A stretch of DNA of 64,000 bases from a virus, in IMG/VR virus record IMGVR_UViG_3300025405_000009, positions 134,848 through 198,847 of that record, one strand, 5' to 3'. Under the pieces are notes generated by a model. It searched no databases, was not told where the DNA came from, and worked only from the letters and a program-made list of their open reading frames with translations. Below, piece after piece: positions 27,918 through 35,891 of the stretch; within the stretch, counting starts at the first letter, position 1, and each line of letters starts with the position of its first letter. A program made the position numbers and the translations under genes.

Positions 27918-28157
27918 ATGGACATTATATTGCAGCCTGAACAAATTATAACTCTACCTGACCCTATCGTAATACAAGCTATCAGAGATCAATTTATTCA
28001 AAAGAGAATTATTGCTAGAATTAAAGGTTTACCGCAAGCTGTTATTCTTTGGGATGGACCTGATCAATATGCTGCTGCTGGAAATTGGACAAATGATACA
28101 GTTCTTGCTCAGGCTTCTGCAGTTCTTGCTCTTTCTTCTATTCCTTGGGCTATTTAG
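27918..28157 (+). CDS. Small late protein, possible fibre chaperone
   Basis: TATAAATA 27904-27911; follows the fibre gene. Confidence 0.55.
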   Translation: MDIILQPEQIITLPDPIVIQAIRDQFIQKRIIARIKGLPQAVILWDGPDQYAAAGNWTNDTVLAQASAVLALSSIPWAI

Positions 28158-28968
28158 TATACCCGAATCCCTGTTGATACCAAGCAAAATTATTATCTAT
28201 CCAATCACATACCTGTTTTCCTAAAATTGTATTGTAGTCAGGTGTAAGAGGTTGAACAGATTGACGGATAGTATGAAGATCGGATGTTAAACCGTAAACA
28301 GAGTCATCTTCCTTAATTGACTGCTCAACATTATTAAAGTCGTGCTTAAAGGGATTCAATCCAAGATATTGATAGATCTTATTCATCTCTCTTTCAGGAT
28401 ACGATGTAAGATCCTCAGCCCTAATATAAAGAACCTCCTTATTAATGCCTTCTAGCATTGTTTGCTGAAGACGTTCTAAAGCAAGACCTACTGGAGGCCC
28501 TGCAACCCATGCGTCAATACGTTTTGCCGTTGATGTTCCTCTCATCTCCGCGTGATTCTGTATAGCTTGATGGTGTTCTGGACTATTTCTATAAATCTTC
28601 TCCATCGAAGAAAATACACTTTTTAAATTTCTTACCATACAAATCATTTTTGGCTTATAAGGCATCATATGCTCAAACCAACGGTAATGAATTGTACCAC
28701 CTCTTGTCTTAATACAGAGATTAGGCTTATCTGAGTAACTATTAGCATACCCCTCTAATCCACCCCAGCAAAACCCTTTCCATGCCTTAGCAGCAATTTC
28801 TGGATCTATAGCTTTAACTTCCGGTGTACTTGTATAGTTCATTCTAGCTCCATACAAGTATTCTAATACAGGGTCAGTTGGTGTAGCTGCAATTTCAGGA
28901 TTTTGATTGAGAATACACTGCAGAAGTGTACTCATACTACGAGGCATAGAGGAGTTAAAGAATATCAT
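28150..28968 (-). CDS. Sulfotransferase family protein
   Basis: SSMPRSMSTLL PAPS-binding loop, MVRNLK..FSS, IRAEDL..YP. Confidence 0.82.
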   Translation of the reverse strand: MIFFNSSMPRSMSTLLQCILNQNPEIAATPTDPVLEYLYGARMNYTSTPEVKAIDPEIAAKAWKGFCWGGLEGYANSYSDKPNLCIKTRGGTIHYRWFEHMMPYKPKMICMVRNLKSVFSSMEKIYRNSPEHHQAIQNHAEMRGTSTAKRIDAWVAGPPVGLALERLQQTMLEGINKEVLYIRAEDLTSYPEREMNKIYQYLGLNPFKHDFNNVEQSIKEDDSVYGLTSDLHTIRQSVQPLTPDYNTILGKQVCDWIDNNFAWYQQGFGYTK

Positions 28969-28969
28969 A

Positions 28970-29911
28970 TTACATGGTAATTGTATTAACAGTTTTCGGC
29001 ATATCAAATAATAATTCACCTGTTTTTGAACCTAATAGAGATTCAACAAACTGATCCTTATCAAACATCTTATTAATATTATCATATGGACATTCATGGA
29101 ATCTACCACCAGTCCAGTCATCTGATTCAAGATAACTATCTATACGGTGACGGAAAGTCTCAGCTCCAGTAGCAACAATATTAGTATGAATATCGTGACC
29201 GAATACAACAGGTGAGTTAGAAATCCACCCTACTGTTGCTGACTTATTAAAAGCTGCTGCTGCATGCTGAGCAAAAGAATCAATACAAAGAAACTTATCA
29301 GAGAGAGCAATATAACAGAAAAGATTTCTAAAGCTATCTGTTATTTTAATTGTACCACCAATATCTGGTTGATTGTCTCTACGGATATGAAGAATCTTAC
29401 TAAAATTACCGCGAACGGCATCAACAACTTCTTGAGCAAATACTGGTGGTAAATCTCTTGACCATGAATATGGATGACCCTGTTGCTCAGCACCTCCACT
29501 AGATTGAATGAGAAGAACAGGACCATCTTTCTGCATCTGTTGTTGAGCAAAGATAATTTCACGCTCTGTTAGGAAAATATTTGGCTTGTCATCAATACAA
29601 GGTATACCGAATGTATCACACCAAATACCAGCTAAGGACTTCCTCCGATAAAGTAAGTCTTCGGTATGATAAGGCTCCATTCTAAAAATCTTTGTTTCCT
29701 TTTTATCAATATAGTCGTCGTAAAAATATGGTATATTGCCAAATTTATACACTCGGTAGATATTTGGATTATGAATGAATACCTCAGGGTACGCACATAC
29801 TACAATAATTTTATGTTCAGGGTAGGCAGCTTTAATAGATTTAACTACAGCCGTACCTACAATATTTTTTCCACAACCACCGTCAATGTGAAAGATAGCA
29901 AATTTATCCAT
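28970..29911 (-). CDS. Glycosyltransferase (GT9/heptosyltransferase-like)
   Basis: GGCGKNIVGTAVVKSIK.AYP; LCIDSFAQHAAAA; stop adjacent to the sulfotransferase start. Confidence 0.72.
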   Translation of the reverse strand: MDKFAIFHIDGGCGKNIVGTAVVKSIKAAYPEHKIIVVCAYPEVFIHNPNIYRVYKFGNIPYFYDDYIDKKETKIFRMEPYHTEDLLYRRKSLAGIWCDTFGIPCIDDKPNIFLTEREIIFAQQQMQKDGPVLLIQSSGGAEQQGHPYSWSRDLPPVFAQEVVDAVRGNFSKILHIRRDNQPDIGGTIKITDSFRNLFCYIALSDKFLCIDSFAQHAAAAFNKSATVGWISNSPVVFGHDIHTNIVATGAETFRHRIDSYLESDDWTGGRFHECPYDNINKMFDKDQFVESLLGSKTGELLFDMPKTVNTITM

Positions 29912-29998
29912 ATCTTAAATTTAGACCGCTTTAATAGATAATCAATAGAGAAATTAAAAGAGTTGCATATTCTTTTGCTTTAATCTATAACTAGAAAT

Positions 29999-30379
29999 AT
30001 GACAAACATGATTGATTCCATTATTAACTATACCCTTCGTTCAAAGTATAATACTCTGAATAAGATCGGTAATACTCTTTATGTTAACAGGCAGATGATT
30101 ATTAATAGGGAGAAATTTGTTACTGAGAGTATTGTCGGTAGTGATACAATGAGAGATATTCTTATGGAGATGAAGCTTCTTCTCAATGGTCGATATGCTG
30201 GTAATAAGGATTATCTCTTTGAGCGTATGGAATATCTTATTACGTGTGGTTTTAAGTTACAGCCAAAACCTACATTTATTGTTAATAAAAAGAAAGTATC
30301 AGAACTCCGTAAGCCAAAGAAACAACTCCGTTGTAAGAAGAGCGGTAAGTTTATTGCTAAGGCTAAGAATAAGAAGTAA
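29999..30379 (+). CDS. Hypothetical with basic C-terminus
   Basis: ORF track. Confidence 0.65.
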   Translation: MTNMIDSIINYTLRSKYNTLNKIGNTLYVNRQMIINREKFVTESIVGSDTMRDILMEMKLLLNGRYAGNKDYLFERMEYLITCGFKLQPKPTFIVNKKKVSELRKPKKQLRCKKSGKFIAKAKNKK

Positions 30380-30406
30380 TATAAACTAGCATACATAAAT
30401 ACTTGT

Positions 30407-30661
30407 ATGCTTAGCTTTAAAGACTTTCATAAAAAAACTCCTACTCAATTTCGAGTAGGAGACAGGGTACGCAACTGTAATCCAGAATGTGAGCACTATG
30501 GTAGTACAGGACTTATAACTAAAATTTTAGATTTAGTTGATAAGAAAATTCCAGGTAATGTTGTCGGTAAAGCCGTTAAATATAAGTGTGATTGTTGCGG
30601 TAATAACTGGAATGAAGGTGATGAGTTAGAAAAAACAATTGATCAAGTAGAAAAAATCTAA
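30407..30661 (+). CDS. SH3/KOW-like small late protein with MLSFKDF N-terminus
   Basis: FRVGDRVRNCNPEC.HYGSTG; CATAAATA 30394-30401. Confidence 0.65.
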   Translation: MLSFKDFHKKTPTQFRVGDRVRNCNPECEHYGSTGLITKILDLVDKKIPGNVVGKAVKYKCDCCGNNWNEGDELEKTIDQVEKI

Positions 30662-30683
30662 ATCTTTAATAAGATATACTAAT

Positions 30684-30905
30684 ATGACTATAGATGAATT
30701 AAAAAAGGACTTGAGATTACTTGCTCAGGCTCAGGATGCTTTTACAGAAGAGGGTTGGGTTCGTGTTGAATCAATACAAAAAGAAAGTAAAAGTAATTCT
30801 ACAGCATATGGTACTGTTTACATGAAGGATGATAAAAAGTTTTATTTAAATCTCACAACAGCTGTTAAAGCCTTACAACTCCTTAATCAAAATTATATTC
30901 CATAA
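30684..30905 (+). CDS. Hypothetical protein
   Basis: ORF track. Confidence 0.6.
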   Translation: MTIDELKKDLRLLAQAQDAFTEEGWVRVESIQKESKSNSTAYGTVYMKDDKKFYLNLTTAVKALQLLNQNYIP

Positions 30906-30940
30906 ATTTGATTAAATATCTATAGAAAGATTGCAATTTT

Positions 30941-31126
30941 ATGATGAAGTCATTTGATATAGATTTTAAGGGTATTAGTTATAAAATTGATGTTGTTGAA
31001 GAAGACGATGATGTAGAAATTTTTGTAGAACGTGATAAAGATGAAGAAGATATCCCCGATAATGAACTTCTAGCTATTGTAGAATATCTTGTTCATGAAG
31101 GGTTTGTAAAACCACCAGCGGAATAA
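30941..31126 (+). CDS. Small acidic hypothetical (YL..EGF family)
   Basis: Similar C-terminus to 34474..34686. Confidence 0.6.
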   Translation: MMKSFDIDFKGISYKIDVVEEDDDVEIFVERDKDEEDIPDNELLAIVEYLVHEGFVKPPAE

Positions 31127-31155
31127 AAAAAGCTCTATCTAATTAAAGATAGAGC
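31125..31155 (-). terminator. Intrinsic terminator for the minus-strand Hc1-like gene
   Basis: GCTCTATCT/AGATAGAGC stem with plus-strand A-run at 31125-31131. Confidence 0.7.
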
Positions 31156-31177
31156 CTTCCTTTAGCACCAACAAATT

Positions 31178-31366
31178 TTACTTAGCTTCTTTTCTAGCAG
31201 TCTTTTCTTCTTGAATAGATTTACGCTCAGTACGTGCAAACTTAATAAGCTCTTGAAGAGCCTTGCGTGCACGAGTCCCGGCGGAATTATTACCACTTCT
31301 AAACTTTGTGACCTCTGTTACAAATGTTTCTGTTATTGTTTTGAATGTTTCGATTGAGTCTGACAT
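31178..31366 (-). CDS. Histone H1-like Hc1-domain protein
   Basis: F.SGN.SAGTRARKAL.EL.K.....RK.IQE. Confidence 0.8.
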   Translation of the reverse strand: MSDSIETFKTITETFVTEVTKFRSGNNSAGTRARKALQELIKFARTERKSIQEEKTARKEAK

Positions 31367-31402
31367 ATAAGGATTTATATTAATGATATATTAATGCAAC
31401 TC

Positions 31403-31684
31403 CTAGTGACGGTGATCGAGTTCTTTTGCCTTATCATCCTCACGTTCACGTTCAGCAAGTCTCTCTACAGAACCATCGATAAACGCTCTCCATGCAATTA
31501 AAGCTTGTACAAAGAAGTTTAAAAATATTGTGATCCAGCGAATAGGTGTAATATCACTCCAATGATCATGAGAACATGTATAATGGGAGAGATCACTTAG
31601 AAGAGAAGAAAATGATGCAATAGAAATATATAAAAATAATTTTGCAGGTACACCGGAAATATATGGGTATTCTTTAAGTTTCAT
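31403..31684 (-). CDS. Two-TM membrane protein, holin-like
   Basis: Two hydrophobic helices, charged tail; minus-strand TATAAATA at 31698-31691. Confidence 0.5.
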   Translation of the reverse strand: MKLKEYPYISGVPAKLFLYISIASFSSLLSDLSHYTCSHDHWSDITPIRWITIFLNFFVQALIAWRAFIDGSVERLAEREREDDKAKELDHRH

Positions 31685-31710
31685 TTATAATATTTATAAA
31701 TATTTAATAT

Positions 31711-32196
31711 ATGAATAACGACCAACACTTAATTGCTGAAGCTTATAAGCGTGTTTATCTTGAATCCGATAATGATTACATTAGTGATGAATTACGTGCT
31801 GGTGCTTTAGAGCATGAAGATAAGGAAGCAGCTCAAGCTGATATCAAGAAATACGATGCAAGTCAATTAGGTAAAGATATACTCTGGCAAAAATTCTTAA
31901 GTGTACCAAAACAAATAGGAAGAAGCAAAGCAGCAATAGAAAAACATAAGCTTGATTATGATATTTATAGAGTTGTAACCCGTGCTTACCTTGACGCAGT
32001 TGATGCAACTAAACATAGAGAAGAAGGATCGTATGATCCGAATATAGTTAATGAATATTTCGATAAGGCACTTAGCGAAATTAAAAAATATTATATTACT
32101 ACCCCAGAACAGGATGCAAAATTAAAGGATGCTTGGCTTCATTGGTATGGTTCAGAAAAAGCACGTAGAGAATCTTTTTTTCCAAAACGTAAGTAA
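31711..32196 (+). CDS. Hypothetical late protein with MNNDQHLIAEAY N-terminus
   Basis: LIAE resembles a T4 prohead protease site; TATAAATA 31695-31702. Confidence 0.7.
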   Translation: MNNDQHLIAEAYKRVYLESDNDYISDELRAGALEHEDKEAAQADIKKYDASQLGKDILWQKFLSVPKQIGRSKAAIEKHKLDYDIYRVVTRAYLDAVDATKHREEGSYDPNIVNEYFDKALSEIKKYYITTPEQDAKLKDAWLHWYGSEKARRESFFPKRK

Positions 32197-32198
32197 TC

Positions 32199-32381
32199 AT
32201 GCATTCAGTAATTCCAAGAAAAGGAGAGGATATTGATCGTACTCTCAAAAGATTAAAAAATAAAATGGATGTTGATTATATTTTGGATACAGTTAGAGCT
32301 AAAAGATACTTTGAAACACCAAAACAAAAATATAAGCGTAAACAGAAAGCACTAGATAAAAGGATTAAGTTTAGTAGATAA
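32199..32381 (+). CDS. rpsU: Ribosomal protein bS21
   Basis: V..RKGEDIDRTLKRLK.K......L...R.KRYFETPKQK.KRK. Confidence 0.85.
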   Translation: MHSVIPRKGEDIDRTLKRLKNKMDVDYILDTVRAKRYFETPKQKYKRKQKALDKRIKFSR

Positions 32382-32389
32382 ATAATTTA

Positions 32390-33154
32390 ATGCTATCGTT
32401 TAAACAATATATTTCTGAACGTACCTATAGACTATCAGGTATTGAGCAACAGAGTGTAAACGATATTGTAGATTTCTATATGAATCTCTTTGATCCAAAG
32501 AGATTAAAAATGCCAATGGTTAAAATTATTAGCCTTGGACCTGAAAGAGTATATAAAGATTATATTAACAAGAAAGGATTTGTTACTATAGGGATTGTTA
32601 AGTTTCATGATGATGAGGATGATGAAGATAAAGAGATTCCTGTTTATGTAGGATTTGATAAAAATTCAGCAGATAAGGGTACATATATCTATGATGCTGA
32701 AACTAATGAAGAGTATATTGTATTACATTATTATAAGATAAAACACGATAGAGCATTTGTCAAAGATGCTTTAGTTCATGAACTCTATCATGCTAAACAA
32801 CCATATAAGATTATTGGAAAACATTACGGTAGAAGTACGTTAGATTATTATACTGATCCTGTTGAGCTTAATAATTATATTACAAATGTACTTGATGCTA
32901 TTCAAGAGGATTACTCAGAAGCTGAAACCTCAGAAGAACGACAAGAGATATTAAATGAACTAGAGGAATTTGCTCGCGGAGGCAGATTACCAAATAATAC
33001 ACTAGGTAATAAAATTAAGAAAATAGGTAAACATGAATTTGTTGAAACTCTTTTTAATAATAAAGACAATCCAAAAATTACTAAAGCATATCACAAATTT
33101 ATTAATAAACTTCACTGGCTATATTCAAATCTAAAAGATTACGAAAACAGATAA
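32390..33154 (+). CDS. HExxH (zincin-like) protein with MLSFKQYISE N-terminus
   Basis: ALVHELYHAKQ...YYTDPVE; GATAAATA 32377-32384. Confidence 0.65.
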   Translation: MLSFKQYISERTYRLSGIEQQSVNDIVDFYMNLFDPKRLKMPMVKIISLGPERVYKDYINKKGFVTIGIVKFHDDEDDEDKEIPVYVGFDKNSADKGTYIYDAETNEEYIVLHYYKIKHDRAFVKDALVHELYHAKQPYKIIGKHYGRSTLDYYTDPVELNNYITNVLDAIQEDYSEAETSEERQEILNELEEFARGGRLPNNTLGNKIKKIGKHEFVETLFNNKDNPKITKAYHKFINKLHWLYSNLKDYENR

Positions 33155-33396
33155 TGGAAACAATAAAAAAGATAGTTGATATCTATAAGAATCTAGACTG
33201 GATACAGGATAGAATGGATGAGTTATCTGAGAAGATTAATGACTATATCTTTATGAGTGGATGTGATATAAATTTAACAAAGCCTAATATTAAGAAGCTT
33301 AAAGAGTTTAATAGAGAGTGTGACGAACTTAAAGCGCGTCATGACCTAGAGATGAAGGAGTTAAAAAATTTACTTGACTCAGCTGAAGAAGAATAA
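33154..33396 (+). CDS. Coiled-coil hypothetical
   Basis: ORF track. Confidence 0.6.
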   Translation: METIKKIVDIYKNLDWIQDRMDELSEKINDYIFMSGCDINLTKPNIKKLKEFNRECDELKARHDLEMKELKNLLDSAEEE

Positions 33397-33524
33397 TATC
33401 ATAAACATATGATTAGATTTAACCCAATTAAAATCTTCTTACAAAACATCTGGAATAGTTGGGTAATAAGTTTTTTCTTTTTTCTCTTGCTTATTGGTGA
33501 GATATTGTATATTATGTCTTGGTA

Positions 33525-33686
33525 ATGAATGATGATTTTAAACCCTGGCCTGTTGAAGAGCTCTACAGTCTAAGAGAAGAAAATATTCGTCTTAAAGAAT
33601 TGCTTCAAATAGCTCAAAACGATCTCATTGAATGTACTCGTCAACGAGATGAATATAAGGAACAACTCGATCATCTAGATAGATAA
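33525..33686 (+). CDS. Small coiled-coil protein (53 aa)
   Basis: Manual translation; TTGCTT-N17-TATTAT promoter at 33487-33515. Confidence 0.6.
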   Translation: MNDDFKPWPVEELYSLREENIRLKELLQIAQNDLIECTRQRDEYKEQLDHLDR

Positions 33687-33693
33687 TTTTAAC

Positions 33694-33720
33694 GGAGGGT
33701 TAATGTAATTGGAAGCAAGA
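33694..33720 (+). pseudogene. 5' tRNA fragment
   Basis: GGAGGGT-TAATGTAATTGGAAGCA resembles an acceptor 5' strand plus D-arm; no matching 3' half. Confidence 0.45.
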
Positions 33721-33740
33721 TAAAATTTATTAGAATTAAA

Positions 33741-33833
33741 CCGCCTATAGTTTAATGGTAGAACCCTTGTTTTATACACAAGAAGCTGGGAGACTCTGGC
33801 GCAGTGCAGGTTCGAATCCTGCTAGGCGGACCA
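33741..33833 (+). tRNA. tRNA with UAU anticodon (Ile-type) and long variable arm
   Basis: CCGCCTA/TAGGCGG, CTTGT-TTTATAC-ACAAG, 23-nt variable region, GCAGG-TTCGAAT-CCTGC, A73, CCA. Confidence 0.88.
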
Positions 33834-33840
33834 TTCTAAA

Positions 33841-33895
33841 AACTTCTGAAGTTCAAGCATAACCTTACCAGGTTCGAATCCTGGTAGGCCCACTA
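33841..33895 (+). pseudogene. 3' tRNA fragment, possibly a Gln(CTG) relic
   Basis: CCAGG-TTCGAAT-CCTGG T-arm, TAGGCCC-A-CTA end, weak TTCTGAA loop; no 5' half. Confidence 0.55.
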
Positions 33896-33901
33896 CTTTA
33901 A

Positions 33902-34225
33902 ATGAAACAATACATTCTAAACGACGTATCTGATAAAGCTAAAGATCTCGAACGTTCTCTTAAGAGAATGCATCGAGTTATCGAACGCGCTCAGAAGAAA
34001 GTATCACGAACTGGTAAGGATAAATCTCTTCTTAAAGCAGCTTGTGAACTAGGGTTTATTGTTAATGCTAATCCTATTACCCGTGATGGAAAACGATATG
34101 TTAATCCTATGACATCTGGAGATAAACTATTCCTAGAAGAGATGGGAACGTTTAAGTATGTAGAGTTTAAACAAAATGAATTTCTTAATTGCAAAGGTGA
34201 ACCAGTTCATTTAAAATGGTATTAA
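33902..34225 (+). CDS. Hypothetical protein
   Basis: ORF track. Confidence 0.65.
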   Translation: MKQYILNDVSDKAKDLERSLKRMHRVIERAQKKVSRTGKDKSLLKAACELGFIVNANPITRDGKRYVNPMTSGDKLFLEEMGTFKYVEFKQNEFLNCKGEPVHLKWY

Positions 34226-34232
34226 TAATTAT

Positions 34233-34308
34233 GCTCCAGTAGTCCAACGGCAGAGACAAGGGACTTAAAATCCCTCAAGTATCGGTTCGAATCCGATCTG
34301 GAGTACCA
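34233..34308 (+). tRNA. tRNA-Leu(TAA) with short variable loop
   Basis: GCTCCAG/CTGGAGT, AGGGA-CTTAAAA-TCCCT, variable loop CAAGT, CCA. Confidence 0.9.
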
Positions 34309-34313
34309 TTTTT

Positions 34314-34493
34314 ATGAAACTAGAACAACAACCAACTCTAATTCAGACTCTCAAAATGAAGCTTGTATTTAGCTTTTCTATAGTTATACTCATAGTATCA
34401 GCAAGTCTTATCTTTAGTAATCCTATTAAGAATTTTATTCGATCCTATCGACCTCTACCTACTACAGAACTTCATGGAAAATCCAGACTTTAA
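34314..34493 (+). CDS. Small single-TM protein (59 aa)
   Basis: Manual translation with LVFSFSIVILIVSASLIF helix. Confidence 0.45.
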   Translation: MKLEQQPTLIQTLKMKLVFSFSIVILIVSASLIFSNPIKNFIRSYRPLPTTELHGKSRL

Positions 34494-34686
34494 TTACGTA
34501 TTACAGATTGAGTATAAAGGACAGAAGTTTGTCTGTGAGGTGGAGGGTACAAAGGTAGCTATTATCTCTAAAGGATGGCCATCAGATAGATTGTTTGAAT
34601 CTCTTCGTTATTATCTAGAGGAGGAAGGTTTTATACCTGCTCTAGATGATAGTAAAGGGATCTTAAGTATGTTTAAAGATCTTTAA
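34474..34686 (+). CDS. Small hypothetical (YL..EGF family)
   Basis: Similar to 30941..31126. Confidence 0.6.
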   Translation: MENPDFNYVLQIEYKGQKFVCEVEGTKVAIISKGWPSDRLFESLRYYLEEEGFIPALDDSKGILSMFKDL

Positions 34687-34691
34687 TTTAC

Positions 34692-34766
34692 GCGTCGTTC
34701 GTTCAACGGATAGGACAGGGCTCTTCTAAAGCCTTAATGGTAGTTCGATTCTACCACGACGCACCA
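34692..34766 (+). tRNA. tRNA-Arg(TCT)
   Basis: GCGTCGT/ACGACGC, loop CTTCTAA, CCA. Confidence 0.92.
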
Positions 34767-34768
34767 TT

Positions 34769-35227
34769 TTAAACTGAACCTGTATTTCTCTTTTTTATTT
34801 CTTGTACTAATTCAGCTAAGATTTCCTTTAATTCTTCGTGATCAGATTTTAATTTCTTGTGATCCTTAAGTGCACGTTTATCGAGCTTAATATCTTCGTG
34901 AAGCTCAGTAAGTATCGTTTTTAAATCAGCTATTATAATATGATCCTCTTCATCTATCTTTAAATCCTTAAGCATATGCTCTCTATCACGTTCTGATTGT
35001 CTATTGGAGGACATAAGGATAAGGGGTGTAGCATATGCAGCTTCAAAAGAGAGAAAAAGATTAAGAAGAATAAATGGATAAGGATCAAATTTTGTCCAAT
35101 TCATAATATTTACAAATATCCAAATTGTTAATAAAGTAGATTGAATAATAATAAATGTCCAAGAACCAATGAACGATGCAATTATATCTGCAAGTCTAAT
35201 ACCTATACTTTTATTATCGTTTACCAT
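34769..35227 (-). CDS. DUF1003 membrane protein
   Basis: RLAD.IASFIGSW.F...W...N....FDPYPFILLNL.LS..AA...P.ILMS.NRQ..RDR. Confidence 0.85.
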   Translation of the reverse strand: MVNDNKSIGIRLADIIASFIGSWTFIIIQSTLLTIWIFVNIMNWTKFDPYPFILLNLFLSFEAAYATPLILMSSNRQSERDREHMLKDLKIDEEDHIIIADLKTILTELHEDIKLDKRALKDHKKLKSDHEELKEILAELVQEIKKRNTGSV

Positions 35228-35284
35228 AAAGATATTTAATTTTATACTTGCTCTATACTGAATAGCCTATATATTAACAATATT

Positions 35285-35360
35285 GCACGAGTAGCTCAGT
35301 GGTAGTAGCGCTTCGCTTACACCGAAGATGTCGGGGGTTCAAATCCCTCCTCGTGTACCA
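35285..35360 (+). tRNA. tRNA-Val(TAC)
   Basis: GCACGAG/CTCGTGT, loop CTTACAC, CCA. Confidence 0.93.
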
Positions 35361-35365
35361 TTTTC

Positions 35366-35439
35366 AGGCTTATAGCTCAGCTGGTTAGAGCGCATTCTTG
35401 ATAAGGATGATGTCGCAGGTTCGAATCCTGCTAAGCCTA
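35366..35439 (+). tRNA. tRNA-Ile(GAT)
   Basis: AGGCTTA/TAAGCCT, loop TTGATAA. Confidence 0.93.
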
Positions 35440-35452
35440 AATTATAATTTAA

Positions 35453-35526
35453 CGGGATGTAGCTCAGCTTGGTAGAGCGCTTGGTTTGGGACCAAGAAGT
35501 CGCAGGTTCGAATCCTGTCATCCCGA
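35453..35526 (+). tRNA. tRNA-Pro(TGG)
   Basis: CGGGATG/CATCCCG, loop TTTGGGA. Confidence 0.93.
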
Positions 35527-35531
35527 GAAAA

Positions 35532-35607
35532 GGAGTTGTAGCTTAATGGTTAAAGCACTAGACTGTCACTTTAGTGAGTGCGGGTTCGAGTCCCGTCAAC
35601 TCCGCCA
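35532..35607 (+). tRNA. tRNA-Asp(GTC)
   Basis: GGAGTTG/CAACTCC, loop CTGTCAC, G73, CCA. Confidence 0.93.
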
Positions 35608-35652
35608 ATTTTTCACTTGCCGTTTTCTTAAATGCCTATATTATTAAAAAAT

Positions 35653-35889
35653 ATGAATAAGACATCACTAATTACAATTCTAGCAATCCTTGCCCTTTCT
35701 ACTGGGTGTGTTAACTGTGTTAATCAATCAATTCATGGAAACGGTAAAGCTGTTGTTATTAAAGCAGATTCAAAAGCTGTTGTTATACCAAATAAGCAAC
35801 CATTAAAGAAGACCGCTGCTGACACTGAAGATTATATTCTTGTATCAAAAACAACTGAGGTTGTATCTTCAACACCTATTCTTTTTTAA
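35653..35889 (+). CDS. Lipoprotein
   Basis: MNKTSLITILAILALSTG-C lipobox; TTGCCG-N16-TATTAT promoter at 35617-35644 fixes the start. Confidence 0.7.
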   Translation: MNKTSLITILAILALSTGCVNCVNQSIHGNGKAVVIKADSKAVVIPNKQPLKKTAADTEDYILVSKTTEVVSSTPILF

Positions 35890-35891
35890 TA

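Noticed and set aside
33741-33833. Selenocysteine tRNA or 8/4 allo-tRNA
   Set aside because: Anticodon is UAU, not UCA, and the acceptor and T stems are canonical 7 and 5 bp.
35339-35521. Minus-strand ORF MTGFEPATSWSQTKRSTKLSY
   Set aside because: Classic antisense translation of tRNA genes.
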